A program made the position numbers and the translations under genes. Positions 1 to 10,472 of a stretch of DNA of 64,000 nucleotides are shown piece after piece. This stretch comes from a bacterium (GTDB lineage Bacteria > UBA8248 > JACPRG01 > G963555815): NCBI GenBank assembly GCA_965261595.1, contig CBDHDG010000004.1, positions 832,001 through 896,000 of the forward strand, in the 5' to 3' direction. The notes beneath the pieces are model-generated. The model worked only from the letters and a program-made list of their open reading frames with translations. It searched no databases and had not been told where the DNA came from. Positions within the stretch are counted from its first letter, which is position 1; the number at the start of each line of letters is the position of its first letter.

Positions 1-396
1 CCGTGGGCCAAGTGGGGGATCGACATCTATTCGATCGGCGTCATCGCCACGGACGAAACCATTCAACGCAAGCGGGATCAGGTGAGGCGGTTTGTCGACG
101 CGACGGTGCGCGGCATCGCTTGGGCCATCGAACACCCCGGCCGGGCCATCGAGATCATGAAAAAATACAACCCGGCGTCAAACGTCAAGTCGGCCAGGGA
201 AAACTGGGAAATCAACATCGACAGCCTGCTGACGCCCGAAGCCGCAAAAATCGGGATCTCCATGATGGGCGAAAAAAAGATGCGGCTGACGCGGGATCTC
301 ATGACCAAGCACACCCCGCTGAAAGTCGTCGTCCCCGTGAAAGACCTCTACACCAACGAGTTCATTCCAAGACTCTTTCCCAAGAGGGGGAAGTAG
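1..396 (+). CDS. ABC transporter substrate-binding protein, NMT1/THI5/SsuA-like (C-terminal part, runs off window start)
   Basis: Frame open from base 1: PWAKWGIDIYSIGVIATDETIQ..VRRFVDAT.RG..WA..HP..A; ends DLYTNEFIP, typical of the family. Confidence 0.7.
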   Translation, partial: PWAKWGIDIYSIGVIATDETIQRKRDQVRRFVDATVRGIAWAIEHPGRAIEIMKKYNPASNVKSARENWEINIDSLLTPEAAKIGISMMGEKKMRLTRDLMTKHTPLKVVVPVKDLYTNEFIPRLFPKRGK

Positions 397-463
397 GACG
401 CTTCGAAGAAGAGCGCCTGATCGCTGAGGCGTGATCCGGAACCGGCGAAGATTTCACGGACCG

Positions 464-517
464 TCCCGAGCGGAACGAAGCGGCCACGCTGAGACCCTTC
501 GCTCCGCTCGGGATGAC
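464..517. repeat. REP-like intergenic hairpin
   Basis: TCCCGAGCGGAACGAAG (464-480) pairs with CTTCGCTCCGCTCGGGA (497-513) with 1 mismatch, followed by TGAC. Confidence 0.6.
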
Positions 518-578
518 AAGCGCGTCAATCAAGTTCGGCTTCCCTTCGGACCCCCCTCCATAGAAGGCCGGTGAGCCC

Positions 579-2015
579 TTGGCCGGATCGGACCACTTCA
601 TCATCAAAGGCGGCTACGTCGTCACGATGAATCCCTCGCGCGAGGTGTTCGAGGAGGGATTCATCGAGATCGAGGGCAACCGCGTCTCCGCCGTCGGCGC
701 CCTGCCCGACCTGCCGCCGGGCGCGCCGGCGGACCGGGTGATCGACGCCCGCGGGATGATCGTCATCCCGGGGCTGATCAACGCCCACCAGCATTTCTAC
801 TACCACCTGTTCAAGGGGCTGGCGAACGGCCTGCTCATCGAGGACTGGTTCCCCGCCGTTGTCTTCCCCGTCGTCCCTTGCCTGACGGACGACGACATGG
901 AGCTCACGGCCTACCTGGCGGGGATCGAGATGCTCCGCACGGGGACGACGTGCTGCCTCCACCACCTGCGGACCACGAGCTCGGACGAGACCCTGGGGAG
1001 GATCGCCCGGCCGACCGCCGAGCTCGGCTTCCGGCAGGTCATCGGCAAGGAGGTCCAGTGCCGCCTGCCGGGCAACCCGAGCCATCCCCGGGACCTGGAT
1101 GAGGAGATCGCCTACGTCGACGGGCTCATCCCGAAGTGGAACGGCGCCCACGGGGGCCTCGTCCGCCTGGCGCTGGTCACGGAGTGCAACTCCATCTTCA
1201 TCGACCAACAGGTCACCTCCGAGGCGCTTCTGGCGGAGGGGAAGAGGCTCGCCGACAAACACGGCCTGAAGATCGCCGCCCATTATTCCGGCGGGACCCT
1301 CTCGTTCGACAAGAATTACATGCAGGTCCTCCGCAAGACCGGCCGCACGGACGTCCAAACCCTCATGCAGCTCGGCCTCCTGGACGCGACGTACATCCTG
1401 GCCCACGGGATCAACGCCACCGAGACCGACATCGGACTGATGGCGGACGCGGGTTGCAGCTCGGTCTACACCCCGACGAGCGAAGCGGTGCGCGGCGGCG
1501 GGATCGGCCCCGCCGTCCCGATGCTGCGGGCGGGCGTCAACGTCGCCCTCGGCTCGGACGGACCGATGGTGGACTACTCCGTGGACATGGTGGAACAGAT
1601 GAAGGCCTGCTCCTTCCTCCAGAACACCAAGCACCTGGACCCCACCGCCATGAGTCCGGAGCAATGCCTGGAGATGGCCACGGTCAACGCGGCGAAGGCC
1701 CTGGGGATGGAGGGGGAAATCGGCTCGATCAAGACGGGCAAGCTGGCCGACCTGGCCGTCTTCGACCTCCACACGCCCCACGCGGCGGTCGTCCACAACC
1801 CGATATCGAGCCTCGTCTATTCCGCGAAGGGGACCGACGTCCACACCCTCATCGTGGACGGCCGGATCGTCATCGAAGGGGGAGCGCTCATGACGTTCTC
1901 GGACGAGGAAAAGGTGATACGGGACGCGACGGCCCGGGGAAAGGAGATCGCGGAGAAGGCGGGGCTGAAGGATCGGGCCCTGCCCCGGTGGCCGGGGCGA
2001 GAATCGGACCGTTAG
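579..2015 (+). CDS. Amidohydrolase family protein (MTA/SAH deaminase / AtzA-like superfamily)
   Basis: PGLINAHQH metal motif, GTT, AHG, ALGSDG, GSIKTGKLADLAVFD. Confidence 0.85.
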   Translation: MAGSDHFIIKGGYVVTMNPSREVFEEGFIEIEGNRVSAVGALPDLPPGAPADRVIDARGMIVIPGLINAHQHFYYHLFKGLANGLLIEDWFPAVVFPVVPCLTDDDMELTAYLAGIEMLRTGTTCCLHHLRTTSSDETLGRIARPTAELGFRQVIGKEVQCRLPGNPSHPRDLDEEIAYVDGLIPKWNGAHGGLVRLALVTECNSIFIDQQVTSEALLAEGKRLADKHGLKIAAHYSGGTLSFDKNYMQVLRKTGRTDVQTLMQLGLLDATYILAHGINATETDIGLMADAGCSSVYTPTSEAVRGGGIGPAVPMLRAGVNVALGSDGPMVDYSVDMVEQMKACSFLQNTKHLDPTAMSPEQCLEMATVNAAKALGMEGEIGSIKTGKLADLAVFDLHTPHAAVVHNPISSLVYSAKGTDVHTLIVDGRIVIEGGALMTFSDEEKVIRDATARGKEIAEKAGLKDRALPRWPGRESDR

Positions 2016-2081
2016 CCCCGTCCGCCCGGGCGGGACGAACAGACCCGCAAGGCGCTTCCAAAAAGGTTTCTCAGGCTCCGC

Positions 2082-2813
2082 CTAAATATACCGCTGAAAC
2101 AGGATCATCACCCCCAGCGTAACGCTCACCAGCAGGCCGACGGTGGACTTGCCGCACTTTTCGTACGCCTCGGGAAGGATCTCGAGGAACACCATGAACA
2201 CCATCGCCCCCGCCGCGAATCCGAGACCGTAGGGCAGGAAAGGACGGAAGAGCTCCACGAAGAGGAATGCGGGAACGGCCATGAGGGGTTGGGGCAGGGA
2301 AGAGAAAATGCTCCACCCGGCGCAGGCCAGAACGCTGATCCCCTTGGGCCGCATGACCGCGCTGATGGCGAGGCCCTCGGGGATGTTGTGGACGGCGATC
2401 GCGATGGTGATCAGGGCCGCCAGCTTCGCTCCGCCCCCGAACGCGACGCCGACCGCCACGCCCTCGGAAAACGAATGGACGGTCATGATGCCCAGGACGA
2501 TGAGAACCTGCCGGGCGCTTCCCCCCTTCAGGTCCATCACCGAGACGTCCCGCCCTTCCAACACCCGGTGGCCCACGAGGATGAAGAGCACGCCGGCCCC
2601 CGCGCCGGCCAGCGTCTCCCAGGCGCCGTGTCTCGTCCCCTCGATAATCAACCCGAAGCTCGCCCCCAGCATCAGCCCGGAGGCGATGGCGTTGGCCTGC
2701 GAAACGGCTCGCGCGGAGATTTGCTTGATAAACAGGAACGGGACCGCCCCCAGGCCGGTCGCGAGGGCGGTGATGAGACCATAGACGAAGACGAGAAGAA
2801 CGGATTCGGTCAT
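2082..2813 (-). CDS. ZIP family metal transporter (ZupT/GufA-like)
   Basis: Hydrophobic; VHSFSEGVAVG, HNIPEGLA and GFAAGAM motifs. Confidence 0.9.
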   Translation of the reverse strand: MTESVLLVFVYGLITALATGLGAVPFLFIKQISARAVSQANAIASGLMLGASFGLIIEGTRHGAWETLAGAGAGVLFILVGHRVLEGRDVSVMDLKGGSARQVLIVLGIMTVHSFSEGVAVGVAFGGGAKLAALITIAIAVHNIPEGLAISAVMRPKGISVLACAGWSIFSSLPQPLMAVPAFLFVELFRPFLPYGLGFAAGAMVFMVFLEILPEAYEKCGKSTVGLLVSVTLGVMILFQRYI

Positions 2814-2830
2814 CGGAAGCGGCCCCCGTC

Positions 2831-3580
2831 CTAGACGAAGAAACCCTTCAACAGGACCACCCCCCCCGTGGAGAAGCTCACCAGGAAGGCAATGCTCGTG
2901 TGCCCGGCCCGCTCATAAGACCCGGGGAGAAGCTCGGTCATGACGAGATAGACCAGCGCCCCCGACGCGAACCCCAGCGCCCAGGGAAGAATCCCCGGAA
3001 CGGCGGGCGTGACCGAGAAGACCACGATGGCCAGGAGGATCTGTGGGACATTCGTGACGATGCACAACCCGGCGCACTCCCCCAAGGACATGGTTCTCGT
3101 CCTCAGGAAATCGGTCAGGACCATCGCCTCGGCGATGTTGTGGACGGCCAGCGCAAGGGCCATGAAAATCCCGAGCTTCAGGCTCACCGCCATCGCGACG
3201 CCGATCGCGACCCCCTCCGAGGCGGAGTGGAGGGCGTTGAGGAGAATGAACTTCGCGCCGTAGCCCGGCTCGTACTCCTCCGCGGGCTTCGTCTCCAGCT
3301 CCTTCGTCCCGGTGTACGCATGCGTCCAGTAGGTGTACGCAACCCCCAGTCCCCCGCCGAGGACCACCGGCAGGGTCGCGCGTCCCAGGCCGTCCGCCAT
3401 CAGGACATACCCGGCCCCCAACATCAGGCCCGACGCCAGCGCATAGGCCCAACCGACCCACCGCACGGGGACGCTCGCGCCTCCACAAAAGGGCAACGCG
3501 CCCAACCCCGCCAATCCGGCCGCCAAGGACGAGAAGAGAACGACGGTCAGAATCGCTTCGTTGGACGCAACCACTTCCAT
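2831..3580 (-). CDS. ZIP family metal transporter, second paralogue
   Basis: LHSASEGVAIG, HNIAEA, GFASGA; start placed at the ATG at 3580. Confidence 0.85.
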   Translation of the reverse strand: MEVVASNEAILTVVLFSSLAAGLAGLGALPFCGGASVPVRWVGWAYALASGLMLGAGYVLMADGLGRATLPVVLGGGLGVAYTYWTHAYTGTKELETKPAEEYEPGYGAKFILLNALHSASEGVAIGVAMAVSLKLGIFMALALAVHNIAEAMVLTDFLRTRTMSLGECAGLCIVTNVPQILLAIVVFSVTPAVPGILPWALGFASGALVYLVMTELLPGSYERAGHTSIAFLVSFSTGGVVLLKGFFV

Positions 3581-3746
3581 GAGCTCGAAACCAGCCCTTT
3601 CCGGAAACCACAACGCTCAACCCGGGTGAATCCCGAGGTACGTCGTCCGGATGCACGGCGTCCGAAAGCACGGGGGGTCGGCCGGCGGGTCGGAGGGATC
3701 GGCGGTCAACAGGGGAAGGCGTAACGCTCCAGCGGAGCGAAGTCCC

Positions 3747-4103
3747 TCACAACTTCCGGCCGTCCGGCGGATGGAGAGTGCGCCGGTGCGCGGGACCGAA
3801 GAAACCGGACTTCACACCGTGGCAATCCCGGCACTCTTCGGCCTCCCGAAACTTTCGCACCGTGTAGCGCGGCGTAATCTCCGCTACGTGGTTCGCGGCC
3901 GCGAAATCCCGGTGCACATGGCAGGAGCGGCAGTAATTGCTGATCACCCGGTTGTTTTCCGACGCCAGGAACTTTCCGCCCAGGGCCTGTTCGAGAGGGT
4001 CTTTCGCGCACGAAGCCAGTGTCAGGACGATGGCCGCCGCACAGGCGGCCACGACCGGACCCACCCACCGGGCGCCGAGGCGTCGGTTCGCGCGTTCACG
4101 CAA
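3747..4103 (-). CDS. Small di-haem c-type cytochrome lipoprotein
   Basis: Signal peptide with lipobox-like TLASC; two CxxCH motifs (CRSCH, CRDCH). Confidence 0.7.
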   Translation of the reverse strand: MRERANRRLGARWVGPVVAACAAAIVLTLASCAKDPLEQALGGKFLASENNRVISNYCRSCHVHRDFAAANHVAEITPRYTVRKFREAEECRDCHGVKSGFFGPAHRRTLHPPDGRKL

Positions 4104-4118
4104 CGTGGACCTCTCCGT

Positions 4119-5546
4119 TCATCGAACCGCCTCCTCCGGCCGCGCAACGTTCGGGACGGGGATGGGGTAGTCCCCGGTGAAACAGGCCGTGCAGTACATC
4201 CCCTCGGGAGCGCCGGGCGTCAAGCCGGCCCCTTCAGGCGGATGGTCTTTCGCCGCGTCGAGCATCCCCTCCAGGCTCAGGTACCCCAGGCTGTCCGCGC
4301 CCAGGAAGCGGCGGATCCCCTCCACCGGATGCGAGGCGGCGATGAGCTCGTCCCGGCTCGGCGTGTCGATGCCGTAAAAGCACGAGTGGGTGATGGGGGG
4401 CGAGCTGACCCGGAAGTGCACCTCCCGCGCGCCCGCGTGCCGGAGCATCTCCACGATCTTCTTCGCCGTCGTCGCCCGGACGATGGAATCATCCACCACG
4501 GCGACGCTTCGGCCTTTCAGCAGGTCGCTCACCGGGTTCAGTTTGACCTTCACGCCGAAATTCCGGATCGATTGGCGGGGCTCGATGAACGTCCGGCCTA
4601 CGTAGTGGTTCCGCACCAGACCCAGCTCGAACGGGAGGTCCGCCCGCAGCGCGTATCCCATCGCGGCGGGAACGCCGGAATCCGGAACGGGGATCACCAA
4701 TTCCGCCTCGGCCGGATGCTCTTCGGCCAAGCGCCTGCCCATCGCCTTGCGGATCCGGTACACGTTGCGGCCGAAGACCCGGCTGTCCGGCCGGGCGAAA
4801 TAGACCAGCTCGAACACACACGGCGTCGGCGTCCGGGGCTCGAAAGGCCGGATGGACCGGACGCCGGACGCGTCCACCACAACCATCTCGCCCGGATCGA
4901 CCTCCCGGGTCGCTTCGCCTTCGATGAGGTCGAGGGCGCAGCTCTCGGAAGCCAGGACGTGGGCGCGGCCCCGCCGCCCCAGGAAAAGCGGACGCAGGCC
5001 CCGCGCGTCCCGAACCCCGATGAGCTTGTCTTCCGTCATGAGCAGTAGGGAATAGGCCCCCTCGACCCGGCCCAGGGCCTCGGCCACCCGCTCTTCCAGC
5101 GTGTCGCGCTTGGACCGGGCAATCAGGTGAACGATCACCTCCGTGTCCACCGTGGACCGGAAAATGGCCCCCTCTTCCTCCAGCGCCCGGCGCATCGCGG
5201 GGGCGTTGACCAGGTTTCCGTTGTGCGCAACGGCCAGGCCTCCCCGCGAATAGGTGACCACAAAGGGTTGCGCATTGGAGAGATCGCTCGATCCGGAGGT
5301 CGAGTACCGGTTATGGCCGACGGCCAGGCTCCCCGGCAGGCGGCTCAGGCGCTCCTGCGTGAAGACATCGGCCACCAGCCCCATGCCGACCTCCAGGTGC
5401 AGCCGGGATCCGTCGGAGGCGACGATGCCCGCGCTTTCCTGTCCCCGGTGTTGCAGGGCATATAGGCCAAGACAGGCGATCCGGGCGGCCTCCGGGTCGC
5501 CCAGAATTCCGAATACCCCGCATTCGTCGCGGAAATGGTCAGTCAT
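4119..5546 (-). CDS. purF: Amidophosphoribosyltransferase
   Basis: Propeptide then ECGVFG, QHRGQESAG, VVDDSIVRATT PRPP loop, CTACF. Confidence 0.97.
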   Translation of the reverse strand: MTDHFRDECGVFGILGDPEAARIACLGLYALQHRGQESAGIVASDGSRLHLEVGMGLVADVFTQERLSRLPGSLAVGHNRYSTSGSSDLSNAQPFVVTYSRGGLAVAHNGNLVNAPAMRRALEEEGAIFRSTVDTEVIVHLIARSKRDTLEERVAEALGRVEGAYSLLLMTEDKLIGVRDARGLRPLFLGRRGRAHVLASESCALDLIEGEATREVDPGEMVVVDASGVRSIRPFEPRTPTPCVFELVYFARPDSRVFGRNVYRIRKAMGRRLAEEHPAEAELVIPVPDSGVPAAMGYALRADLPFELGLVRNHYVGRTFIEPRQSIRNFGVKVKLNPVSDLLKGRSVAVVDDSIVRATTAKKIVEMLRHAGAREVHFRVSSPPITHSCFYGIDTPSRDELIAASHPVEGIRRFLGADSLGYLSLEGMLDAAKDHPPEGAGLTPGAPEGMYCTACFTGDYPIPVPNVARPEEAVR

Positions 5547-5588
5547 GAGTGATTGAGAACCGGGGATAAGGAAGGGAGGCGGCATTTT

Positions 5589-5915
5589 TCAGTTCTGGAA
5601 CGCGATCAGGATCTTCGCGGATTCGTCCCCGATCGCCACGGCGCCGTGAACGGCCTCTGGGGAGATGGTGATCACATCCCCCGCGTCCAGCATGACGGGT
5701 TCTTCTTCGATGATGAGCTTCATGCACCCCTCCAGGACGATGATCCACTCTTCCTGTTCGTGGGTGTGGTACGGGACCAGGACACCGGGGGACTGAACGG
5801 CGCCGAACACCTTGAAGTCCCGATCGGACATGGCCTCGACAATCTCTTCCGGCTTGGCGTCACAATCCAACCATTCCTGAACAGTGCCCACCGAGTAATA
5901 GGAATCTACGCTCAT
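5589..5915 (-). CDS. Cupin domain protein
   Basis: HTH..EE.I.VLEG and GD.I.I.P...HG cupin motifs. Confidence 0.8.
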   Translation of the reverse strand: MSVDSYYSVGTVQEWLDCDAKPEEIVEAMSDRDFKVFGAVQSPGVLVPYHTHEQEEWIIVLEGCMKLIIEEEPVMLDAGDVITISPEAVHGAVAIGDESAKILIAFQN

Positions 5916-5992
5916 AACGCAAACACACTCCCCGAAGACCGGGCGGAAAGGCCGGGACTCCCGCCTCCTTCAACCGCACCTTGACTCCATCC

Positions 5993-6023
5993 ATTATAGG
6001 CGGCCCCTGCCTCGGCAAGTCAA
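5993..6023 (-). promoter_or_regulatory. Possible sigma70 promoter for cupin-purF
   Basis: TTGACT-19 nt-TATAAT on the minus strand; spacer is long. Confidence 0.3.
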
Positions 6024-6151
6024 GCGGCGGGGCGGCGGACAGACTCCGATCGGACCTCCAGGAGGCTTGCCAGGAATCCGGCCGGCCAGCGGCCGCCATG
6101 AATGAAGGAAAGCAATATTCATTCCTCAACGGAAAATCGGACCGCGCGCCC

Positions 6152-8467
6152 TCAAACCGGACCGAGCGCCCGCTCAAGCCCCGTGCGCCACGCCTCCCAC
6201 AGGTCCCGGACGGGGACGCTCCCCGCCGCTCCCGCGCCGCCGGAAACCTCGACCGAGAAGGATTCCCTTGTTACGCGCCCCAGGACGTCCAGCGCCACGC
6301 CCATCTCCCCGGCAACCGTTTCCAACCGGGGCAGCTCATCGGGGGGCAGTGAGACCACCACCCGTCCCTGGGCCTCGCCGAACAAAACCTCGTCCGGGCG
6401 TCCGTCCCGGACAATTTCCACCGATGCGCCCAGCGGCGGGTCGGCCAAAAGCCCGCTTTCGGCCAATGCGACCGCCAGCCCCCCGTCCGAGACATCGTGG
6501 CACGAAGAAAGAATCCCATCGGAGACGGCGCGCCGGCAAAGCCGATGCAGCGCGGCTTCCCGCTCCAAATCCACCGGCGGACAAGGCCCCCGCCTCTCCC
6601 CGAGAACGTTCCAGAGGTAGGCGCTTCCTCCCAGCTCCGGTTTCGCGGCTTCCCCCCCCGACGGACCCAGGAGGACCACCGAGTCCCCCTCGCGCTGAAA
6701 CGCCGCCGGACAGAACCTCGCCGCGTCCTTCAGCAGCCCCACCATCCCCACCGTCGGCGTCGGGTGGATGTTCTCGCCGCCGGTCTCGTTATAAAAGCTC
6801 ACGTTCCCGCTGACCACCGGGACATCCAGCGCCCGGCAGGCCTCGGATATCCCTTCCACCGCCTCGGAAAACTGCCACATCACCTCGGGCCGCTCCGGGT
6901 TCCCGAAGTTGAGACAGTCGGTAAGTCCGATCGGCTCGGCCCCGACGCAGGACAGGTTCCGGGCGGCCTCGGCGACGGCGATCCGCCCGCCCCCGCGCGG
7001 GTCCAGGGCGCAATAACGGGCGTTGCCGTCCACGGTGAGGGCCAACCCCTTCGAGGTCCCCTTGACCCGGAGGACGGCGGCGTCTCCCCCCGGCCGCAAG
7101 AGCGTGTCCGTGCGGACCATGTGATCGTACTGGGAATAGATGAAATGCTTGGAGGCGATGTTCGGGTGGGAGAGAAGCCGGAGCACCCCGTCCCTCAGGT
7201 CTTCTCCCGACAGGCGGGAGGGCAGCGCGCGCGCCTCCATGGAGGGATATTTGGGCTCACGGGGCGGAGACAGGGGTCGCGGCGGCCGCGGAACCTCGTC
7301 CACCAGAAGGGTGACGGGCAGGTCGGCCACGCAAAGCGCGCCGTCGAAAACACACAGACGCCTTTCCGCCGTGATCTCGCCGACGGCGGCGAAGGCCAAA
7401 TCCCATTTCTCGAATATCTCCGCGGCCCTCCGGAGTCCTTCGGGCCTGAGAACCATGAGCATCCGCTCCTGGGACTCCGAGAGCATCACCTCGTAGGGCG
7501 TCATCCCGGACTCCCGCCTCGGCACGCGGGAGACGTCGATGCGCACGCCCACGCCCCCCCGGGCGGCCATCTCGGCCGACGTGCTGGTGAGCCCGGCCGC
7601 GCCCATGTCCTGGATCGCGACGATCACGTCCGTCTCCATCAGCTCCAGACAGGCCTCGATGAGGAGCTTTTCCAGGAAGGGGTCGCCCACCTGAACGGCG
7701 GGGCGCTTTTCCGCCGCCTCGCCGCCGAACGATTCCGACGCCATCGCGGCCCCGTGGATCCCGTCCCGGCCCGTCCGGGCGCCCACGTAGATGACGGGGT
7801 TCCCCGCCCCGCCGGCGACCCCCCGGAAGATCCGGTCCGTCCTGACGACCCCCAGGCAAAACACGTTCACCAGGCAGTTCCCCGAATAGGAGGGATCGAC
7901 CGCCACCTCGCCGCCGACCGTGGGGACGCCGACGCTGTTCCCGTAGCCGGCGATCCCCGCGACGACCTCCTGGAGCAGGCGCCGATTCTTAGACTCCGAC
8001 AGCGGTCCGAACCGCAGGGAATTGAGCAGGGCCGCGGGCCGCGCGCCCATCGTGAAGATGTCCCGCAAGACCCCCCCCACCCCCGTCGCCGCGCCCTGAT
8101 AGGGCTCGATGTAGGAGGGGTGATTGTGGCTTTCCATCTTGAAGACCGCCGCGAGTCCGCCGCCGATGTCCACGACGCCGGCGTTCTCCCCCGGTCCTTG
8201 GAGGACGCGCGCGCCCTCGGTGGGGAGCTTCTTGAGGTGCGGCTTGGAGGACTTATAGGAGCAGTGCTCGCTCCACAGGGCGGAGAGGATGCCCAGCTCC
8301 GTAAAGCTCAGCCCCCGGCCGAGGACCTCCAGGGCGTGGGCGAACTCGGCCGCCGTCAGGCCGTGCTCGGCGACGAGCCCCGGCGTGACCTCGGGATCGG
8401 CCGGACGCGCGGCCGGGCCGGGGGAAGCGGGGGGGGGAGGGGGGGAGGGGGGGGAGCGGTCTGTCAT
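6152..8467 (-). CDS. purL: Phosphoribosylformylglycinamidine synthase subunit PurL
   Basis: [33 protein letters not shown]. Confidence 0.97.
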   Translation of the reverse strand: MTDRSPPSPPPPPASPGPAARPADPEVTPGLVAEHGLTAAEFAHALEVLGRGLSFTELGILSALWSEHCSYKSSKPHLKKLPTEGARVLQGPGENAGVVDIGGGLAAVFKMESHNHPSYIEPYQGAATGVGGVLRDIFTMGARPAALLNSLRFGPLSESKNRRLLQEVVAGIAGYGNSVGVPTVGGEVAVDPSYSGNCLVNVFCLGVVRTDRIFRGVAGGAGNPVIYVGARTGRDGIHGAAMASESFGGEAAEKRPAVQVGDPFLEKLLIEACLELMETDVIVAIQDMGAAGLTSTSAEMAARGGVGVRIDVSRVPRRESGMTPYEVMLSESQERMLMVLRPEGLRRAAEIFEKWDLAFAAVGEITAERRLCVFDGALCVADLPVTLLVDEVPRPPRPLSPPREPKYPSMEARALPSRLSGEDLRDGVLRLLSHPNIASKHFIYSQYDHMVRTDTLLRPGGDAAVLRVKGTSKGLALTVDGNARYCALDPRGGGRIAVAEAARNLSCVGAEPIGLTDCLNFGNPERPEVMWQFSEAVEGISEACRALDVPVVSGNVSFYNETGGENIHPTPTVGMVGLLKDAARFCPAAFQREGDSVVLLGPSGGEAAKPELGGSAYLWNVLGERRGPCPPVDLEREAALHRLCRRAVSDGILSSCHDVSDGGLAVALAESGLLADPPLGASVEIVRDGRPDEVLFGEAQGRVVVSLPPDELPRLETVAGEMGVALDVLGRVTRESFSVEVSGGAGAAGSVPVRDLWEAWRTGLERALGPV

Positions 8468-9159
8468 GACTTGGAGGCGAACCCCTCAATGAGAGATTCG
8501 AGGAGCAGCCGTCCGTCCACGCCGCCGATGGAATCCTCGCAGGCCCGCTCGGGGTGAGGCATCATTCCCAGGATGTTCCGGCCCTCGTTGCAGATGCCGG
8601 CGATGTTGAAGAGGGCGCCATTGGGATTGGCTTCTTCCGTCACGCGCCCGTCCGGGCCGGCGTATCGAAAGACAATCCGGTCCTCGGCCTCCAGCCGGCT
8701 CAATGTCTCGGGGTCGGTGAAATAGTTTCCTTCCATGTGGGCGATGGGAATCCGGAGGGTCCGGTCCTTGAGGTTCCGGGTGAACGGGGTCGCCCCGCTC
8801 TCGACGCGGACGTGAACGTCTCGGCAGATGAACCGGAGCGATCGGTTCCGCAGCATGGCGCCGGGCAGCAGGCCGGCTTCGAGGAGGATCTGAAAACCGT
8901 TGCAGATGCCGAGGACGAGCCCGCCCCCGCGGGCGAACGCCTCGACCGCCCGCATGACCGGCGAGAACCGCGCCATGGCGCCCGTGCGCAGGTAGTCGCC
9001 GTAGGAAAACCCGCCGGGCAGGATCACGCAATCCAGGCCGCCGAAGTCCGGCTCCTTGTGCCAAAGAAACCGGGTCTCCCGCCCCAGAACGCGCTTGAGG
9101 GCGTGATAACAGTCGTGGTCGCAGTTGGAGCCGGGGAACGTGACGACGCCGAATTTCAC
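8464..9159 (-). CDS. purQ: FGAM synthase glutaminase subunit PurQ
   Basis: [35 protein letters not shown] start at 9159. Confidence 0.97.
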   Translation of the reverse strand: MKFGVVTFPGSNCDHDCYHALKRVLGRETRFLWHKEPDFGGLDCVILPGGFSYGDYLRTGAMARFSPVMRAVEAFARGGGLVLGICNGFQILLEAGLLPGAMLRNRSLRFICRDVHVRVESGATPFTRNLKDRTLRIPIAHMEGNYFTDPETLSRLEAEDRIVFRYAGPDGRVTEEANPNGALFNIAGICNEGRNILGMMPHPERACEDSIGGVDGRLLLESLIEGFASKS

Positions 9160-9276
9160 GGGGAAAGCGATGCCTCTGGATGGAGGGTGGGGGCGGACGA
9201 ACACGCATTTCCCGCCACCCCTTCGTGTGGTGTTTCCTAAATGTCTTTATACATCGAGACCCGAATTGCCCCTTGC

Positions 9277-9358
9277 GGCCGGGCAGGATGCCCGGCCTGG
9301 CGGCCCGTGGAAAACGAGTGTAGTCAAGTCAGGCAGGGCGGGCATCCTGCCCGCCTTC
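9277..9358. repeat. REP/REPIN-like inverted pair in the purS-purQ spacer
   Basis: GGGCAGGATGCCC and GGGCATCCTGCCC in inverted orientation, each itself semi-palindromic. Confidence 0.55.
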
Positions 9359-9453
9359 AGCTCTCATCGGCCTCGCGGGGCCACCTCCGCTATTCGTAAA
9401 ACAACAATTTCTTTTCAAGCGTCCGTATTGGCAACTGAATAAGTGCATGGCGC

Positions 9454-9705
9454 CTAACCCTCTTCCGACCACTCGACCCGGAAATCCTCGATGACGGGGT
9501 TCGCCAGGACCTGCTCGGACATGGCGCGGAGGCGGTCATCGAGGTCTTTCCCCGAAGGATGATCCAACGCCACTTCGATGAACTTTCCCACGCGGACCTC
9601 GGTCACCTCGTCGAACCCCAGGGAGGCCAGAACGCCCTGGACCGCGAGGCCCTGGGGCTCCAGGACGCCTGGTTTGTACGTGACGTAGACCCGCGCCTTG
9701 GGCAT
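9454..9705 (-). CDS. purS: FGAM synthase subunit PurS
   Basis: KPGVLEPQG, VRVGK.IE, LANPVIEDF. Confidence 0.95.
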   Translation of the reverse strand: MPKARVYVTYKPGVLEPQGLAVQGVLASLGFDEVTEVRVGKFIEVALDHPSGKDLDDRLRAMSEQVLANPVIEDFRVEWSEEG

Positions 9706-10460
9706 CAATCCTCTCCCTTCGGCCCGGCCGGATCCGGGCCCGGGTCGGCGACGCCCTCGACGCGGCTCAGGACCTCCCGGTAGGCCTCCTCGACGCCGCC
9801 GAGGTCTCTGCGAAATCGGTCCTTGTCCAGCTTCTTGCGCGTCTTGGCGTCCCAGAGACGGCAGCCGTCCGGGGTGATCTCATCGGCCAGGAAAATCTCC
9901 CCGGCTGCGTCCCGCCCGAACTCGACCTTGAAGTCCACCAGCAGGATGTCCCGCGCGAGGAAGAACGCCTTCAAGAGATCATTGATGTGCGCGGTGGCTT
10001 GCCGGATCCAGCGCAGCGTCTCCTCGTCGCACAAGCCGAACACCAGGACATGGTCCTCGTTGAGAAACGGGTCGCCCAGGTCGTCCCGCTTGTAATACCA
10101 CTCGATGATGGGCCGGGAGAGCTCGCCTCCCTCATCGAGCCCCATGCGCTTGGCCAGGCTGCCGGCGACGAGGTTCCGCGCGACCATTTCGAGCGGGATG
10201 ATATCGAGACGCCGGACGAGCATTTCCCGGTCGCTGAGCTTCTCGATGAAATGGGTCCGGACGCCCTGCGACTCCAGGTGCTGAAAGGCCAGCGTGGAGA
10301 TGGTGTTGTTCATCACGCCCTTGTCGGCGATGGTCCCCCGCTTCTCGGCGTTGAAGGCGGTGGCGTCGTCCTTGAAATACTGGATCACCTTGTCCGGGGC
10401 GTCCGTGGCGTACAGAATTTTCGCCTTGCCCTCATACAGTTTTTCTCGTTTTTCCACCAA
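9705..10460 (-). CDS. purC: SAICAR synthase
   Basis: LYEGKAK, LVDFKVEFG, LADEITPD.CRLWD, DKDRFR. Confidence 0.97.
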   Translation of the reverse strand: MVEKREKLYEGKAKILYATDAPDKVIQYFKDDATAFNAEKRGTIADKGVMNNTISTLAFQHLESQGVRTHFIEKLSDREMLVRRLDIIPLEMVARNLVAGSLAKRMGLDEGGELSRPIIEWYYKRDDLGDPFLNEDHVLVFGLCDEETLRWIRQATAHINDLLKAFFLARDILLVDFKVEFGRDAAGEIFLADEITPDGCRLWDAKTRKKLDKDRFRRDLGGVEEAYREVLSRVEGVADPGPDPAGPKGED

Positions 10461-10472
10461 AGGACCTTCCCC

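Noticed and set aside
8420..8456. Long G-run tract (possible G-quadruplex or phase-variation site)
   Set aside because: Explained by the poly-proline N-terminal extension of PurL; the frame is intact.
6497..8557. 686-aa plus-strand ORF
   Set aside because: Antisense shadow of purL, an artefact of high-GC codon usage.
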